Positions 13,674 through 28,025 are shown, numbered from the stretch's first letter. The stretch: 64,000 nt of DNA from Octopus vulgaris (GCA_951406725.2 OX597832.1:18104001-18168000); one strand, 5' to 3'. Program-made: numbers and translations. Notes: a model not told the origin generated them from the letters alone.

Positions 13674-14199
13674 TATCTGTCTGTCTCTTTATCGATCTAT
13701 CTCTCTATGTAATCTATCTACTATCCATCTGTTTACAGGTATATACGTATGTATGTATGTATGTATGTATTCATGTGTATATGCATGTAAGTATATATAT
13801 ACACCTACATACATATCTGCTTATATGTACATATCCATAGCTTGCTCTGTCTCTCCCTCTCTGTCTCTGTCTCTCAGTGGCTATCTGTCTGTGTGCCTCT
13901 CTCTCTTTCATTTTGTCTCTATTGGTCATCTCCGCAATAAAAATAAATAAAAATCTATCATTTTTTAGCACTGGTTTTCCAGATGCTTTTCGTTATAAAC
14001 AATAATCATTGCTAAGTATGTTTGCTCATTCGTCTCTATCTGACTAGATTTCTTTCATCATTTCTTGGCTAAATCTGTGTTTGCCTTCATTCTCACCGTA
14101 ATGTTAAGTATGACTAATATGGAGTGAAAGTCATAAAAAGAAAGATATATACAAACGCATGCTAAGGTCGTCATTTCCAAAGATACGCTGTGATGTATG

Positions 14200-14690
14200 C
14201 GTATAAGTATTTATACGTATACTCATACACAAATAAATGTGTATATGCGTGTATATATATATGTGTGTATATGTTTATGTATGTATATATTTATATATAT
14301 ATGTATATATATATATATATTTATACATATGTATATATATATATGTATGTTTATTTTTGCATATATATATATATATATATATTTATACATATGTATATAT
14401 ATATATATATATTGATACATATGTATATATATATATGCTTTGTTTATTTGTGTGTATATATATATATTGATACATATGTATATATATATGTTTATTTGTG
14501 TATATATATATATATATATTGATACATTGTGTATATATTTATATTGATACATATATATATATATATGTATGTTTATTTGTGTATATATATGTATATGGAT
14601 ATAAATGTATATGTGTGTATATGTATATATGTGTGTCTTTGTGCGTGTGTGTGTGTGTGTATGTTTGCATCTATATATGTATATATGTGT
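14200..14690. repeat. TA-derived degenerate minisatellite (~50-bp higher-order unit)
   Basis: Recurrent TTGATACATATGTATATATA...TGTTTATTTGTGT units. Confidence 0.75.
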
Positions 14691-16499
14691 AATAGTATAT
14701 AATGGTTTTGTTTACCAATGAAAGACGCTTAGCACGAATCCTTTTATGCTGGATTTTAAGACTGAAATTGAGAAAAAGGAAACAAGATAAAAGGGGATAC
14801 CGAATTAGAGATAGAGAGGGGGAGGAGAGGGAGAGGGTTTAAGAGTGAGAGAGAGAGGGGGATGGACAGAGGAATAGATATTTTGAGAGAGAAGCTGACA
14901 TAGATATTGGATGAAAGAAAGTCAAAATGTTGTTTGCGTCATGTCGCTGGCCTAAAGGTGAAAGTTAATAATTATCGTATTTAGAGAAAAAAAAAGTGAG
15001 GATTAATATAACAATAGATACAACAGCTACAACAATAACAGCAGCAACAAGAACTATGATATAGACAAAATTATCGGTTACAGTAGTAACAATAAAAAGG
15101 ACAGTACAAATAACACTATCAGCAACATTAATATAAAAAAATGACATTTTTTCAAGGTTAGAAATAATTTGTCGCAGAAAGGAACATTGGAAATTTAATG
15201 GAGTTTGGTATATTGCTAATAATCTTTAGTCGTCGAGAAAATAAATGTATTTGTAATCCTTCATCAGGCCCTGAATAAAGACCTGGGCAAGCGAAAGGTC
15301 CCTTTTTTTTTAAATAGATAAACGTAATGCGTTGTTATTCCTGTCTCTTGCAGGACTATACCATATCGAGATGAAGGCGCTGAAGTGGTCAGATATGACG
15401 CTAGTAGTAAATGTTAATTCCACCGTTATTTGGAATATAAAAAAAAAAACACTCTTTTCCTTTTTGGTTCTGATAAAATCTTTTGAATTTATCTATTTAG
15501 CGTTGGTTGGAAACGTGCTAACGTTTCTGCCAGCTCACTGCCTTAGAAAAAGCATTTTCTAACAGAGAAAAATGCCATTACAATGAATTATCGTTCGCGT
15601 ACCTAAATTTTTTAAATTTCACTGTGGATAAATGCCAGCAATGCCCTTCTCAGTCTCTCAAATATTCTAAAGTATAAATAGAAACAATCGGGGTCGGGGA
15701 TTAGGGCTGCCAAAAATTCTAAAGTTTCATTTTTATAGCATGTAAATCGTTGTTATTATGTCAAACGGTCGTATGCCGAAATTTGATCAAATGCGCTTAT
15801 TTTTAGGTATTTAATTTTGATTGCAATAGCCGGTTATTTTGGTCAAACTATCTTATCTCCAGCTATTTCAGATGACAATTGAATATGTGCAGTACAACGG
15901 TTTACCATTCTTCAAAAATGAAGTAAGTTCCGCATATGGCAGTTTCGCAAAGATATTTCTGACGGCAAATATACATGTATGGCGTTATGGTTTTATGCAC
16001 TGAACAAAATATCATTGTTAAGTGGAAACTGTTGCGAATTCAAAACGAAATTAAATGGTAAATCTATTTTGGACTTATGACACTTTTGAATAATAGCAAC
16101 GAAATGTATTTATGAGGAGAAAAATATTGAAAAATATCAATACATCAGAGAGTGATCAATAAAAATGACGGTTGTCTTGGAATGTGCGAAAAATAACAGA
16201 CAAATCTCCCTTAAATAACTCAAATTTTCCCCTGAAAATATTAATACCGATAAGTATCATCCCCTGATTTTCAAGCGCCAAACATTTGGCCAAAATATGT
16301 CTGCAGTGGGATGATGTGGAAGGGTGGGTTGTATAAGAAATTTTTCAAAAATATCTTTCATCTAAAGATGCTGCACCTCACCCCACCCAATCATTTCGAA
16401 GGGTGTGGTTTAAAAAGAGTAGGGACAATCCCCGTCGAAATATAGAATTTCTAACTTTTATGGTCCTCTTGATCCGAAAAGCTCTTTTTTTTATCGAAA

Positions 16500-16800
16500 C
16501 TCATCTTCCACCCAATCGGAAAACATTTTCCCTATAAATTTCTTTATAATCTTAATCTATGACGTTTAAAAGGTATTTGTATAAACCCTAATTCAAAGAT
16601 ACCCATTTTCCTGAAAGTTATGACGGAAAAAATTCGAATCGTGTGCATTTTCAGAAGGTCTTCTCTCCACACCCTCCAAAAATCCTTTCCCATAAATCCC
16701 TATATACCCTAAAGCCACAATATCTAAGCGGTATTTGTAGAAAATTTCGTAAAAATGTATCCTTATTTCTGGATATTATGAGGCATCAAAATCGGGAGAT
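16500..16800. mobile_element. Two degenerate ~160-bp tandem units, possibly an internal array of a non-autonomous Helitron/Helentron-type element
   Basis: TTCCCTATAAAT...GGTATTTGTA...TTATGA at ~16528 repeated at ~16687; family assignment is inference. Confidence 0.35.
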
Positions 16801-17242
16801 TATATTTTCATTACATGTTTAATTCACTCATTGTTTGCAATGGTCTCCCTCTTTCTCTCTCTCTCTCTCTCTCTGTTACTCTCCCTTTCACACACAGACA
16901 CTGCAAAGATTACCAATGGGCTGCTGAATTGAAATCTCTGTGATGCTATGAGGGGAAGTCGAAAGTTAAAAAAACTGCCTCGCACTCCATAGTTGGAATA
17001 ACTTGTTGTTTGTTTAAACAAGTGATTATGATTGTAATAAAGAATGACAGCAATATTTACTAAGTAATTGAGCACTATTATACACAGAAATAATTAAACA
17101 TAAAGTATCATAAACATTGCTAGAATTGAGAATCAAATGGGGAAATATTATCAAGTGCCCGGCTGAAAACCGCCCGGAGGGTAGCCTTACTACTATACTA
17201 TTTATGTATGTGTATACGTATATACATACATATGTTTATATA

Positions 17243-17527
17243 TGATCACGTTACCGGCCAGACCATCAGATGTTCTTACACATCGCTGGTCACAATGCGT
17301 TCGCATTGCTTTAGCCTTCGAATGACGCCATCCTGCTGGCTAAGCGAGCAGGCCAACAGAAGAAAGAGTGGTGAAAGAGTACAGCAGGGATCACCACCCC
17401 CTGCCGGAGCCTCGTGGAGCTTTTAGGTTTTTTCGCTCAATAAACAATCACAACGCCCGGTCTGGGAATCGAAACCGCGATCCTACGACCGCGAGTCCGC
17501 TGCCCTAACCACTGGGCCATTGCGCCT

Positions 17528-17531
<4 letters not shown>
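17243..17531 (-). mobile_element. tRNA-derived SINE (head H4, tail Z)
   Basis: Minus strand GGAGGCGCAATGGCCCAGTGGTTAGGGCAGCGGACTCGCGG...GGTTTCGATTCCC. Confidence 0.85.
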
Positions 17532-17578
<47 letters not shown>

Positions 17579-17601
17579 CACATATATATATATATATATA
17601 T

Positions 17602-17848
17602 ACTCTCTCTTTACTCTTTTACTCTTTTACTTGTTTCAGTCATTTGACTGCGGCCATGCTGGAGCACCACCTTTTAGTACTTATTCTATCGGTCTCTTTT
17701 TGCTGAACCGCTAAGTGACGGGGACCTAAACACACCAGCAATGCCAGGGGGACAAACACAGACACACAAACACACGCATACATATATATATACATACATA
17801 CGACAGGCTTCTTTCAGTTTCCGTCTACCAAATCCACTCACAAGGCAT
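17602..17848 (-). mobile_element. SINE-1, internally deleted
   Basis: Matches SINE-1 3' half. Confidence 0.85.
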
Positions 17849-17897
17849 ATATATATATATATATGTATGCATGTATATATATAAATATATATGTATA

Positions 17898-18022
17898 TGG
17901 AATTGTTTGTGTTTCTGTGTTTTTACCGATCGGCGCTTGACAACTGATGTTGGTGTGTTTATGTCCCCGGAATTAGCGGTTCGATAAAAGAGCCCGATAG
18001 AATAACTACTAGGCTTACAATG
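17898..18022 (+). mobile_element. SINE-1 fragment
   Basis: CGCTTGACAACTGATGTTGGTGTGTTTATGTCCCC...TTAGCGGTTCG block. Confidence 0.75.
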
Positions 18023-18189
18023 AATGCGCGTAAGTGTATTAATGCCTGTTTTCATTCGATCACATTGCTTTTAAAATTTATAGTTTTTTAAAAAATAATG
18101 TCGTATTCTTTTCCATTGCTTTATATAACTTATATTACACGACATCCAGTCCAGTACAATTCTTCCCCATCTTGATCACATAGTTGTAC

Positions 18190-18253
<64 letters not shown>

Positions 18254-18266
18254 TGTATTTATATAT

Positions 18267-18335
<69 letters not shown>

Positions 18336-18367
18336 AATACACAAAATATATATGTATATATATACAT

Positions 18368-18415
<48 letters not shown>

Positions 18416-18610
18416 ATATACACACGTACATACGATCAGTAACCTGTCCCTACAATACGTACTCTCCATGGGAAAGTTGGCTAAATTCATAAAGAGACAC
18501 AAAACACTCACAGGAAAATCAATAAAAAACATCAAGGAAACGTTTAGAAAATGTATAAAATTTAAGAAAAGAAATGATAATGAAAATAACCATGATAATA
18601 ATATTAGTGG

Positions 18611-18676
<66 letters not shown>

Positions 18677-19400
18677 TAATAATAATGGGTTTTGAGCCAA
18701 CAATGCATAGTAACGTATTTTAATAGCCACACGCCATCTGACCATGCAAATTTCCTCGGTCTCTGTAGCTCCCAGTGGGCGGTCGATTTAACGGCCAAAG
18801 GCTTTTCTCCCAGTGTGAGAATCGTGTGAAATCCTGACCGTATAGTGAACGTGTATGAACGCGTGTGTGTACGTGTGCGCGCACGTGTGTGTATGAGTGT
18901 GTGTTAGAGAGAGAAAGTGTGTGTAAGAGAGAGAGCGTGTATATTTGTGTGTGTATGAGTATGTGCGGGTGGAGCGTGTGCAAGTGTGCGTTTTTAAATA
19001 TACTGTATGTACATTCTTATTAATCTTTGCATACATACAATCATATATAAATATATAAATGCTTATATAAATGTAATTTCGTAACGCATACACAGCACAA
19101 GCTTAAATATATTTAAAATAATTGTATGCGTATGTATGCGCGTACGTACACAAACGCACGCACACACACACATAGGTATGAACGCACACATATGTATGGA
19201 AAGATGTGTGTGAGTGTTTGTGTATTTATATATATAAATATATATATATATATAACTGTGCGTGCGTATATATTTTACACACACACATATATATGTGTGT
19301 GTATATATATATATATATATATAGATCGATAGATAGACAGATAGATAAACAGACATTCAGAGAGACAGAGGGATAGATAGACAGACAGGCAGACAGATAA

Positions 19401-19493
<93 letters not shown>

Positions 19494-19687
19494 CAGATAG
19501 ATAGATAGATATACACACGGCAGGAACACGTGCACGAACTCGGGACAATCGAATACATATAAAGTAATTATTAGCACATATAGATAAAACATACACATAA
19601 ATATATAAGGTACGAGAAGGTTAATGCTGACCAGTATATGAAGGTAGAAAGGTTCTCACCAAATGAAACTTCGACTTACTCGTAAAA

Positions 19688-20757
19688 TGCGAGCGGGTGC
19701 CGTAATGTTTCTGGCTTTGGGTAAAAGATAATAGAGGAGGATCAATTAATTATGATTTTATTCAACATACTCTCCTCTAAGATTCACACACAGTGATCCT
19801 TTAATTATTCTAAGCCCTGACAAAAGACCTCGGAAATTTTGGACTCCAAACAGGTTTCTGTAACAAACGATCATTTCCGAATCGGATGAAAATTTCGTTT
19901 ATTCTTCGGTCTTTCGCATAGTTCCTCAAACAGAGAGAAGCATTGATGGTGCAACCCTTTATAAAATTTACTCCATCTTTGTCCAAAACACTGAAGCCAG
20001 AATTTTTCCAGCCGACTTCTGGTTCTAAAACTACATGGGACGCGAGGAACGGCTGTGATTCCATCCCATTCATAGCTGCTTGGTCTGGAGGTCATGATGA
20101 TGAAGCCAAGTTTCATCGATGGTGACTAAAAAGCCATACAATCAGCCTCTCCTACTCAAACCGACCCAAAATTTACATTGACGTCGTCAAACGGACGCGC
20201 TTCTTCTAAGCGTTCAGGCATTATTGCACCCGTTAGGTGGAAATCTTTCTCATGTCCAGAATATTGCGGATAACGTGATCAAATCTTTCGCGGGAAATCC
20301 TCCGAGTCTCAGCTATGATTTTAGCTTAATTGCGGTGGCTTCGAGAATCCTGACGTGTACAACATCGGATTTTGTGCTCTGTAGTCGCGGAAGTTAGCTG
20401 TTCTGAACGAGGTTTATGTGTGACAACGAAATGTTCAAACCTTGACACCCAGATTTTCACTCCGGAGTCAGATAAGCTGTCATTCTTCAAGACTTCCTTC
20501 ACATTGCTATGGATTTTCGCCGCTCCTTCCTTTTACAAAAGGATGAACTTCATGACCTCCCATGCTTTACTTTTACAAAATCCACAGTCGGAGTTCCCAT
20601 GATTCCTTAGATCTGCAAACAAAGAGAAAGATTTATTGTATACTATCATGTTTGCATATATTCTCCCAAATAACTGCCCTGCCTAGCCTGTGAATGTAGA
20701 AAGTTCTTCTCTTTCAGGATACACTTGAAGCCACGAAGCTTTCAGCAAACTCTTGTA
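19688..20757 (-). mobile_element. Decayed mariner DNA transposon with both TIRs; transposase pseudogene
   Basis: Minus strand EVMKFILL*KEGAAKIHSNVKEVL..., ILDMRKIST*RVQ*CLNA*KKRVR, LVTIDETWLHHHD. Ends are degenerate inverted copies of TACGAGGGCGTGCTGAAAAGTTCCTGGCTT. Confidence 0.85.
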
Positions 20758-21019
20758 TGAGAAGACTAGATTATTAAGATTATCTTAATGTTTGGAAAAT
20801 CATTTAAAAAAAATAATTTCATGAAGATTCATGGATACAACGAGTGAAGGCAAGAGCTTGTATCAACGTTGGATCAGAAAAGAAGTAGAAATGTGGCTTC
20901 AGACCGTGTTACACATTCGTGACTACTTTAAATGTGAGGTTTCTATTGTTGTAACTTGACGCATCGGCCAAGTACGGTAACAAAGTAATTGAAACATTTG
21001 ACTCAGCAGTATATAACAA

Positions 21020-21310
21020 TGTATTGAGCAGCATAGCAAGGGGTTTGCTTCCAAACCTCACGATCAAGAGTGTGTCTATGTGCATCGGTAAATTTCTGTT
21101 TCTGTTTTCTCCCAACCACTGCTTGTCAACCGGTGTTGATTCGTCTACGGTCCCGTAACGTGGGGTTTCGGCAAAGAGATCAATAGAATATCTATTATAC
21201 TTTAAAAACACCTACTGGGATTGATTTGCCCGAGTAAATCCTCCACGTCGATGCCCCAGCACGACCGGAGCCTACTGACTCAAACAATAACGAGATCAAA
21301 GAGAAAAAGT
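21020..21310 (+). mobile_element. Old diverged SINE-1 copy
   Basis: Degenerate match to SINE-1 3' half and tail. Confidence 0.65.
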
Positions 21311-21369
21311 ATACATATATACACACATGTATACATACTTATCTATCTACCTGTCTGTCTATATATCTA

Positions 21370-21410
<41 letters not shown>

Positions 21411-21476
21411 CATATATATATATAAATGCATACATACATTCATACATATATACATTCATTCATGCATGCATACATT

Positions 21477-21519
<43 letters not shown>

Positions 21520-22096
21520 GGCACCAATTATGGATTCAAGTAATGGGATAGTACTCATAATGAAATCCCTTTAACGTATTATTCTACAAAACATATATAC
21601 GATTCACGATACAAAGGAAATAATTAGGGAGAGTATAAAGGGATAAATGTCAGTAAAATTGATGAAATTGTATTTGATAAGAAAATTATAATATCACGAC
21701 AGATTGTTTCGTAACTTAAAAACACGTAAAGAATTTATGTTATTATATTTCATTATCAATATTTTACTTATCGGCATTAATAGAAAATCCACCGCACCGC
21801 CTTAAAAAAAAAAAAACAAAGAAACGAACCACCTTCAAAATAATGCAGAATTTATGTTACGTCTTCAGGTGAAAGAAAGTCTTTCTATTTAACAAAGTCT
21901 TTTGCGTAAGTTGAAGTATTTTTTTGCATTTTACATTCATACAGTCATCCAAGTAATTCATTTATTATTAAATATAATATAAATTATTTACATATTTTGA
22001 AGTTACGAAACTATTTGTCTTAATATTATAATTTTTTTATTGTTAAATAAAATTTCACCAAACCATATCTGTGTCATTTATGCCCTTATATATATG

Positions 22097-22158
<62 letters not shown>

Positions 22159-22334
22159 GTGTCTGTCTTGTGGAATACATTCGAATATAAAATGAGTATA
22201 TTGATGGTATATTATAAGGTGACATCACCATCATCGTAATCATGACTGTATCTTCCAAAGTTTGTAGTGCTTAATTCTCAAGAAGTGTAGCAATTTTGTC
22301 AGCGAATACTTGAATTTGTTGGTACATATACTTA

Positions 22335-22374
<40 letters not shown>

Positions 22375-22499
22375 TGTGTGTGTGTGTGTGCACGTGTGTG
22401 TAAGTGTATGTGTGAGTGTTGTGAGTGTGTAGTACATGTATTTATATCCATACACCAAACCCATCCAGAGACACCCATAGGTATATATGTGTATATATC

Positions 22500-22566
<67 letters not shown>

Positions 22567-22585
22567 TTGTATATGTATACCGATG

Positions 22586-22629
<44 letters not shown>

Positions 22630-23399
22630 CATTTATTTATATCTACGTATGCATATATATGTTTGTGCATTTGTTTGTGTTTGCGTTCTTATCTTTTTCT
22701 TTAAACACGATAAGAAAATACGTACTAAAGCGAAAGAGCAATTCATATACAAATAAAGCGAAATTAAAACTAAGCAGACATAAATAGATATTTCTTTTAT
22801 TTTCTTTTCCACTTTCATAAATGATGTTCCTTTATTGATTGTGCCTGATCTAACGTTACTGGTCTTACACGTATTTACATTGACGTTGTGCCAGTCAAAT
22901 GCTTTTAAAATTTTCATCTTTTTGACCAAATTACCTCCTCTATTTCGATCGATTTTATTCGTTTCGTAGTTTTCTTCTTTTTTATTAGTGAGACGCCTTC
23001 TTCTTGAACTCACCCAGATTATTATCATCATTGTCGTCTGTATCACTTCCACCTCGGCAACAGTTTTCTCTTTTCCCCGGTTGTGGGATATATTTAATAA
23101 CTGAAACACACACACAGACACACACATATATATATAATAGTGTATTGTCTACCTATTAAATTTCTTGGTACTCACTAAGATTGCATATAATACGATAATC
23201 AGCGATGTTGAAAGTGCATAGCTGCTAACGAGTACATTGAGAAGTATCAGAAATGTAAAATATTATATGAAAATTCATAATAAAATGTGAAAATTCAACC
23301 GTTACGTCAGCAAAATTTCATTGCAAATGCCATTCGGATTTAGATGCAAGAGAATATACATACACACACACATACACATACACACACGCACACACATAT

Positions 23400-23463
<64 letters not shown>

Positions 23464-23478
23464 GTATGCACACACAAA

Positions 23479-23887
23479 TACTCTTTTACTTGTTTCAGTC
23501 ATGTGAATGTGGCCATGCTGGAGCACCACCTTCAGTCGACCAAATCGACCTCAGGACTTATTCTTTGTAAGCCTAGTACTTATTCTATCGGTTTCTTTTG
23601 CCGAACTGCTAAGTTACGCGGACGTAACCACACCAGCATCGGTTGTCAAGCGATGTTATGGGGGGGGGGGGGGCAAACACAGACACACACAAATATATAC
23701 ACACACATACATATAAAAATATATATACATATACGACGGGCTTCTTTCAGTTTCTGTCTATCAAATCCACTCATATGGCTTTGGTCGGCCCGAGGCTATA
23801 GTAGAAGACATTTGACCAAGTTACCACAGAGTGGGACTGAACCCGGAAGCATGTGGTTCGTAAGCAAGCTACTTACTACACAGCCAC
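23479..23887 (-). mobile_element. SINE-1, near full length
   Basis: Reverse complement of 13223-13621. Confidence 0.9.
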
Positions 23888-24158
23888 ATTGCTTGGTGCT
23901 TACGATGTCAGTGTTAGGCTTATGATCGTATGATAGCGATTTCGATTCCTGAACCTGGCATTACGCTGTGTTCTTGAGCAAAATTTTCTATGTCGTATTG
24001 TTTGGTTTACTCGGACCGACATCTTGTCCGGTGGGGAAGATTATATATTTGCCACAAAATCCGGTAAGGTGGTCTTAAGTGAAGTGACTAGAACTCGTGA
24101 AGGACATCTGGTCTACGCTACCTGTGTCTCGAGAATATGCTGTCAGTTATCCTAATGT

Positions 24159-24210
<52 letters not shown>

Positions 24211-24218
24211 AAGAAGTA

Positions 24219-24468
24219 TCATTCCGTCGGTTACGACAACGAGGGTCCTAGTTGATACGATCAACGGAACAGCTTGCTCATGAAATTAACGTGCAAGTGA
24301 CTGAACAATCCACAGACACGCGTACCCCTAACGTAGTTCTGAGGGAGATTCAGAGTGACACAAAGTGTGACAAGGCCGGCCCTTTGAAATACAGGTACAA
24401 CTCATTTTTGTCAGCCGCGTGGACTCACAATCTTACAATTGTGTGCCGAATGCCCTAACTAAGCCACC
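24219..24468 (-). mobile_element. SINE-3b (head H3, tail Y), internally deleted
   Basis: Matches 38387-38706. Confidence 0.8.
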
Positions 24469-24791
24469 TATATCTGTAAATCTATACGCAACATACAATA
24501 TGCAGCAAACAAGCGATAGACCTGATTATGTATTTTGCGGGAGCCGCTACTAAAAGCATTTGACGAATGACGTAGGCAATAAAGGAAACATAAAGAAGAA
24601 AAGAAGAAAAACAAAGAATAGGCAAAATTAGGAAATTGCAACCTGATACATTGAACACTGTTAACTAATCATTATGAGTTGGTATTTAAAATATATTTCA
24701 TAATTATTCGTGAAATGGTTTCAAGAAATATGTATATGTGAGTGTAAGTGCGTGTATGCATGATAAGTGTGTATACAGGCATACACATATA

Positions 24792-24832
<41 letters not shown>

Positions 24833-24842
24833 AATAAATAAA

Positions 24843-25090
24843 TGCGCCCTTTTAAATCCTAGCCAGGCTCACGGTCCCGCTTTCCCGGTTTCAATAGCGT
24901 ATGTATTCCCCAGCTGGACGGGACGCCAGTCCATCGCAACGTTACTCATTTTTGCCAGCTGAGTGGACTGGAGCAACGTGAAATGATCTGTTTTTCTCAA
25001 GAACACAACGCGTCGCCCGGTCCAGCAATCGAAACCACAATCTTACGATCATGGTGCTGACACCCACACCACTAAGCCACGCGCCTCCAC
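24843..25090 (-). mobile_element. SINE-3a (head H3, tail X)
   Basis: Reverse complement of 40575-40821; tRNA-like head GGCGCGTGGCTTAGTGG...GGTTTCGATT. Confidence 0.85.
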
Positions 25091-25607
25091 ACACACACAC
25101 ATACACACACATTGACAAATTAATACGTAATCTTTACTCAAGTCCGTTGATTATGTTTATTCAAAATTAATAACATGGTGAATTATGTACAAACGATACG
25201 ACCCTTTGTTTGTAATTGCCTATGATATTTAAATAAGGTAGTGTAATTAAATTGGTTAATTTTTGCAAAAACGTGGTGTCAATGTCCTGTTTTCTTTTTT
25301 CAACATACTCGTGATTGTTGTATATTAATTCCAGACATTTTCTCACACCTTGGCAGTAATTTAGCACAACTTAAATATCATCACACACGATTTTTCGCAC
25401 TAAACTCTGAAGGTTATTGTTTGCAATTGTATGTATATATATACAAACAGAGACAGATATATGTCGATTGAAATCTGTCTCGCTCCTAAAGGACAATCAG
25501 AAGTTTATCTAGGTTCCTGTAGCTTTTAAACGATATCTGCGTTTGAAAGTAAAAGACTCCTTTGTGAGCATTACACCAGGGTTAAACGTTTTCAAGTACG
25601 TACTCCC

Positions 25608-25670
25608 AAGGCCGGATTAAGACCCATTGAGGCCCTAAGCACTTAAAAGATTTTGGTGTCACCATATATA
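25608..25670 (+). mobile_element. Possible hAT-type transposon terminal fragment
   Basis: AAGGCCGGATTAAGACCCATTGAGGCCCTAAGCAC resembles CAGGGCCGGATT-type hAT ends; no partner end seen. Confidence 0.3.
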
Positions 25671-25844
25671 TATATAATTTTAAAATTTAATCAATAATAA
25701 GCCATAAAATGAGTTTTGTTTTCCTTTGGCAAAATAAAACAAAGCTAAGAGTAAGATGGGAGAAAATGTTTATTATAATTTTTAACCTTCCATATTATAT
25801 TCAAATGTTTTCTCCTACATTTTTCTTATCGTAAAGTATATATA

Positions 25845-26021
25845 TATACATATATACGACGGGCTTCTTTCAGTTTCTGTCAACCGAATCTATTCGGAAG
25901 GCTTTAATCGCCCTGAGGCTATAGTAGAAGACACCTGCCGAATGTGCCACATAGTGGGACTTAAACTGGAACGATGTGGTTGGGAATCAAGCTTCTTACC
26001 ATACAACCACGCCTGTGCCTA
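25845..26021 (-). mobile_element. SINE-1 5' half
   Basis: Matches SINE-1 head. Confidence 0.8.
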
Positions 26022-27449
26022 TGCTGAAAAGCATTCTTCTGTAATCTTTCCCTGCATTTGTGCTCGGATATTTAAGATGACTGTGAAGAAACTGTATTAT
26101 CCAGTGTCTCTTTCGTCTTGTATGATGGTGGGGTGAAGTTTGAAATGTGGCTGCTAATTTCAGAGTCTCAGAAAATGCATCTTTGCTGAATTTTGAAATC
26201 AAAGTCAAAATCGGCGTGATTTGAATTCAGAATGTAAAGATCTGATGAGAAAAAAATAATTACAGCATTTTTTCTAGCCAATTAACGTTACTGGTAATCC
26301 ATCAAATTCAAATTCGAAAACAATCCTAGCTTCAAATTTTGGCACAGGGCTAGCAGATGCTTGGAGAGGGGTTTAGTCGATTACATTGATCCCACTGGTA
26401 TTTATTTGATTGTCCTTGAAAGAATATATAATTTGAACTCAGAACATAAAAACGAGCGAAATTCTGCTAAAGTTTTCCACCCAGATTGCTAACGATTCCG
26501 CCAACGTAAAGCTATAAATGCAAAATAAATAATAAGATTAAAAATATAAAAGTCTTATCAATTAAAATTTATCAATTGAATCGTAACCCTGAACGTTTAC
26601 GCGGTCGTTTTCATGATAACCTTTGAAGGAACCCGCTGTTTTTATGTTATTTTTGTCTTCTTAATGTCACTTCTCTGTTGTCATTTAGCATATTTTTGTG
26701 TATTTGCTTGCTTTTACTTTCACCTTTATTCATTTATTTATTTTTATTCGCCAATTATCATCAACTGCGTAAAAGATGGAAATATTTCGTGGAAAAAGAA
26801 TAAAGCCCTCTGGAAACACACACATCTTCGTAGATTTTTCTCAATATATATATATACAACGTGACATATGTAACAAAAACCGAAAGCTTATCTCTTTATG
26901 GTTAATGTTCTCGAGAAAAATCCTCTCGCAGAGTATCGTGAGAAAAATGTATATATTCTAACAAATACAAAAAAAAAAAAAAATACCTCAAAAGAATATC
27001 GAACAAAACAAACAAAAATAAACATCTTGCAGTGTATTGCTTCTCTTTATTAAGTCCTCAATTTTCTTTAAAGCCATAAATATCATCTTAGTCATATAGA
27101 CGCACAGAAACATGTACAAGTTTTCAAAAAGCACATTTTCTATTTGCAGTATAAGCCTCATGCTTTTGTTGTTATTGTTGTTGATGTTGCTGCTCCTGCT
27201 GCATTTACTGCTGCTGCTGGTGACTGCTGGTGACGATGATGATGATGATTTCGTCATTATTTTCCAGGCTTATATTTCTTTTATATTTATTCTGTTTGTA
27301 GTTGCGATGTGGTTGTTTACATTTTTTGTTGTCGCTCTTCTTCATGTTCGAAGTGTTATTGCTTGTGGTCATACTTTTATTGGTGTCACATTTGTTGTTA
27401 TTTTTGCAAATATTGTCACATATATTATTGTTGAGTATTCACAAATCAT

Positions 27450-27473
27450 CATCATTATCATTATTAGTCTTAC

Positions 27474-27542
<69 letters not shown>

Positions 27543-28025
27543 CAATATTATCATTATAGATGCTTTCATTTTTTGGCTTTAGGGTAACAGGCTACCTATT
27601 TATACTGCTTGTTCTGCAATTCGCTTCTTCTCCATATCCTCCTTAACCTAATTCTTATTCTTCTTCTTCTTCTTCTTCTTCTTCTTCTTCTTCTTCTTCT
27701 TCTTCTTCTTCTTCTTCTTCTTCTTCTTCATCGTCGTCGTCATCGTCTTCTTCTTCTTCTTCTTCATCGTCGTCGTCATCGTCTTCTTCTTCTTCTTCTT
27801 CTTCTTCTTCTTCATCGTCGTCGTCGTCGTCTTCTTCTTCTTCTTCTTCTTCTTCTTCACCATCTTCTTCTTCTCCTTCTTTTCCTTCTCCCCCTTCCTC
27901 ATCCTCAACATCCCTCTACTTTTTCATCTTCTTCTTACACCACCCCCACCACCACCACAAACACCAATATCATTTGTCGTCGTCGTCATCATCATCACCA
28001 CCGTCGTCATTATTATTATTATTAT
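27450..28025. repeat. (ATT)n, (CTT)n/(CGT)n trinucleotide mosaics
   Basis: Directly visible. Confidence 0.9.

Noticed and set aside
14200-14690. Regularly spaced repeats that superficially resemble a CRISPR array
   Set aside because: Spacers are TA microsatellite, the host is eukaryotic, and there are no cas genes
17460-17531. tRNA-like sequences at SINE 5' ends
   Set aside because: Continuous with SINE bodies and lacking a proper acceptor stem; SINE heads rather than tRNA genes
20600-20632. Apparent minus-strand splice acceptor (TCTTTCTCTTTGTTTGCAG) before coding-like sequence
   Set aside because: The downstream sequence is the stop-ridden mariner transposase inside TIRs; no evidence of a host exon
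23344-23925. Recurrent ORFs with WSARGYSRRHL...SKLLTTQP peptides
   Set aside because: Antisense translation of SINE-1 copies, not a gene family
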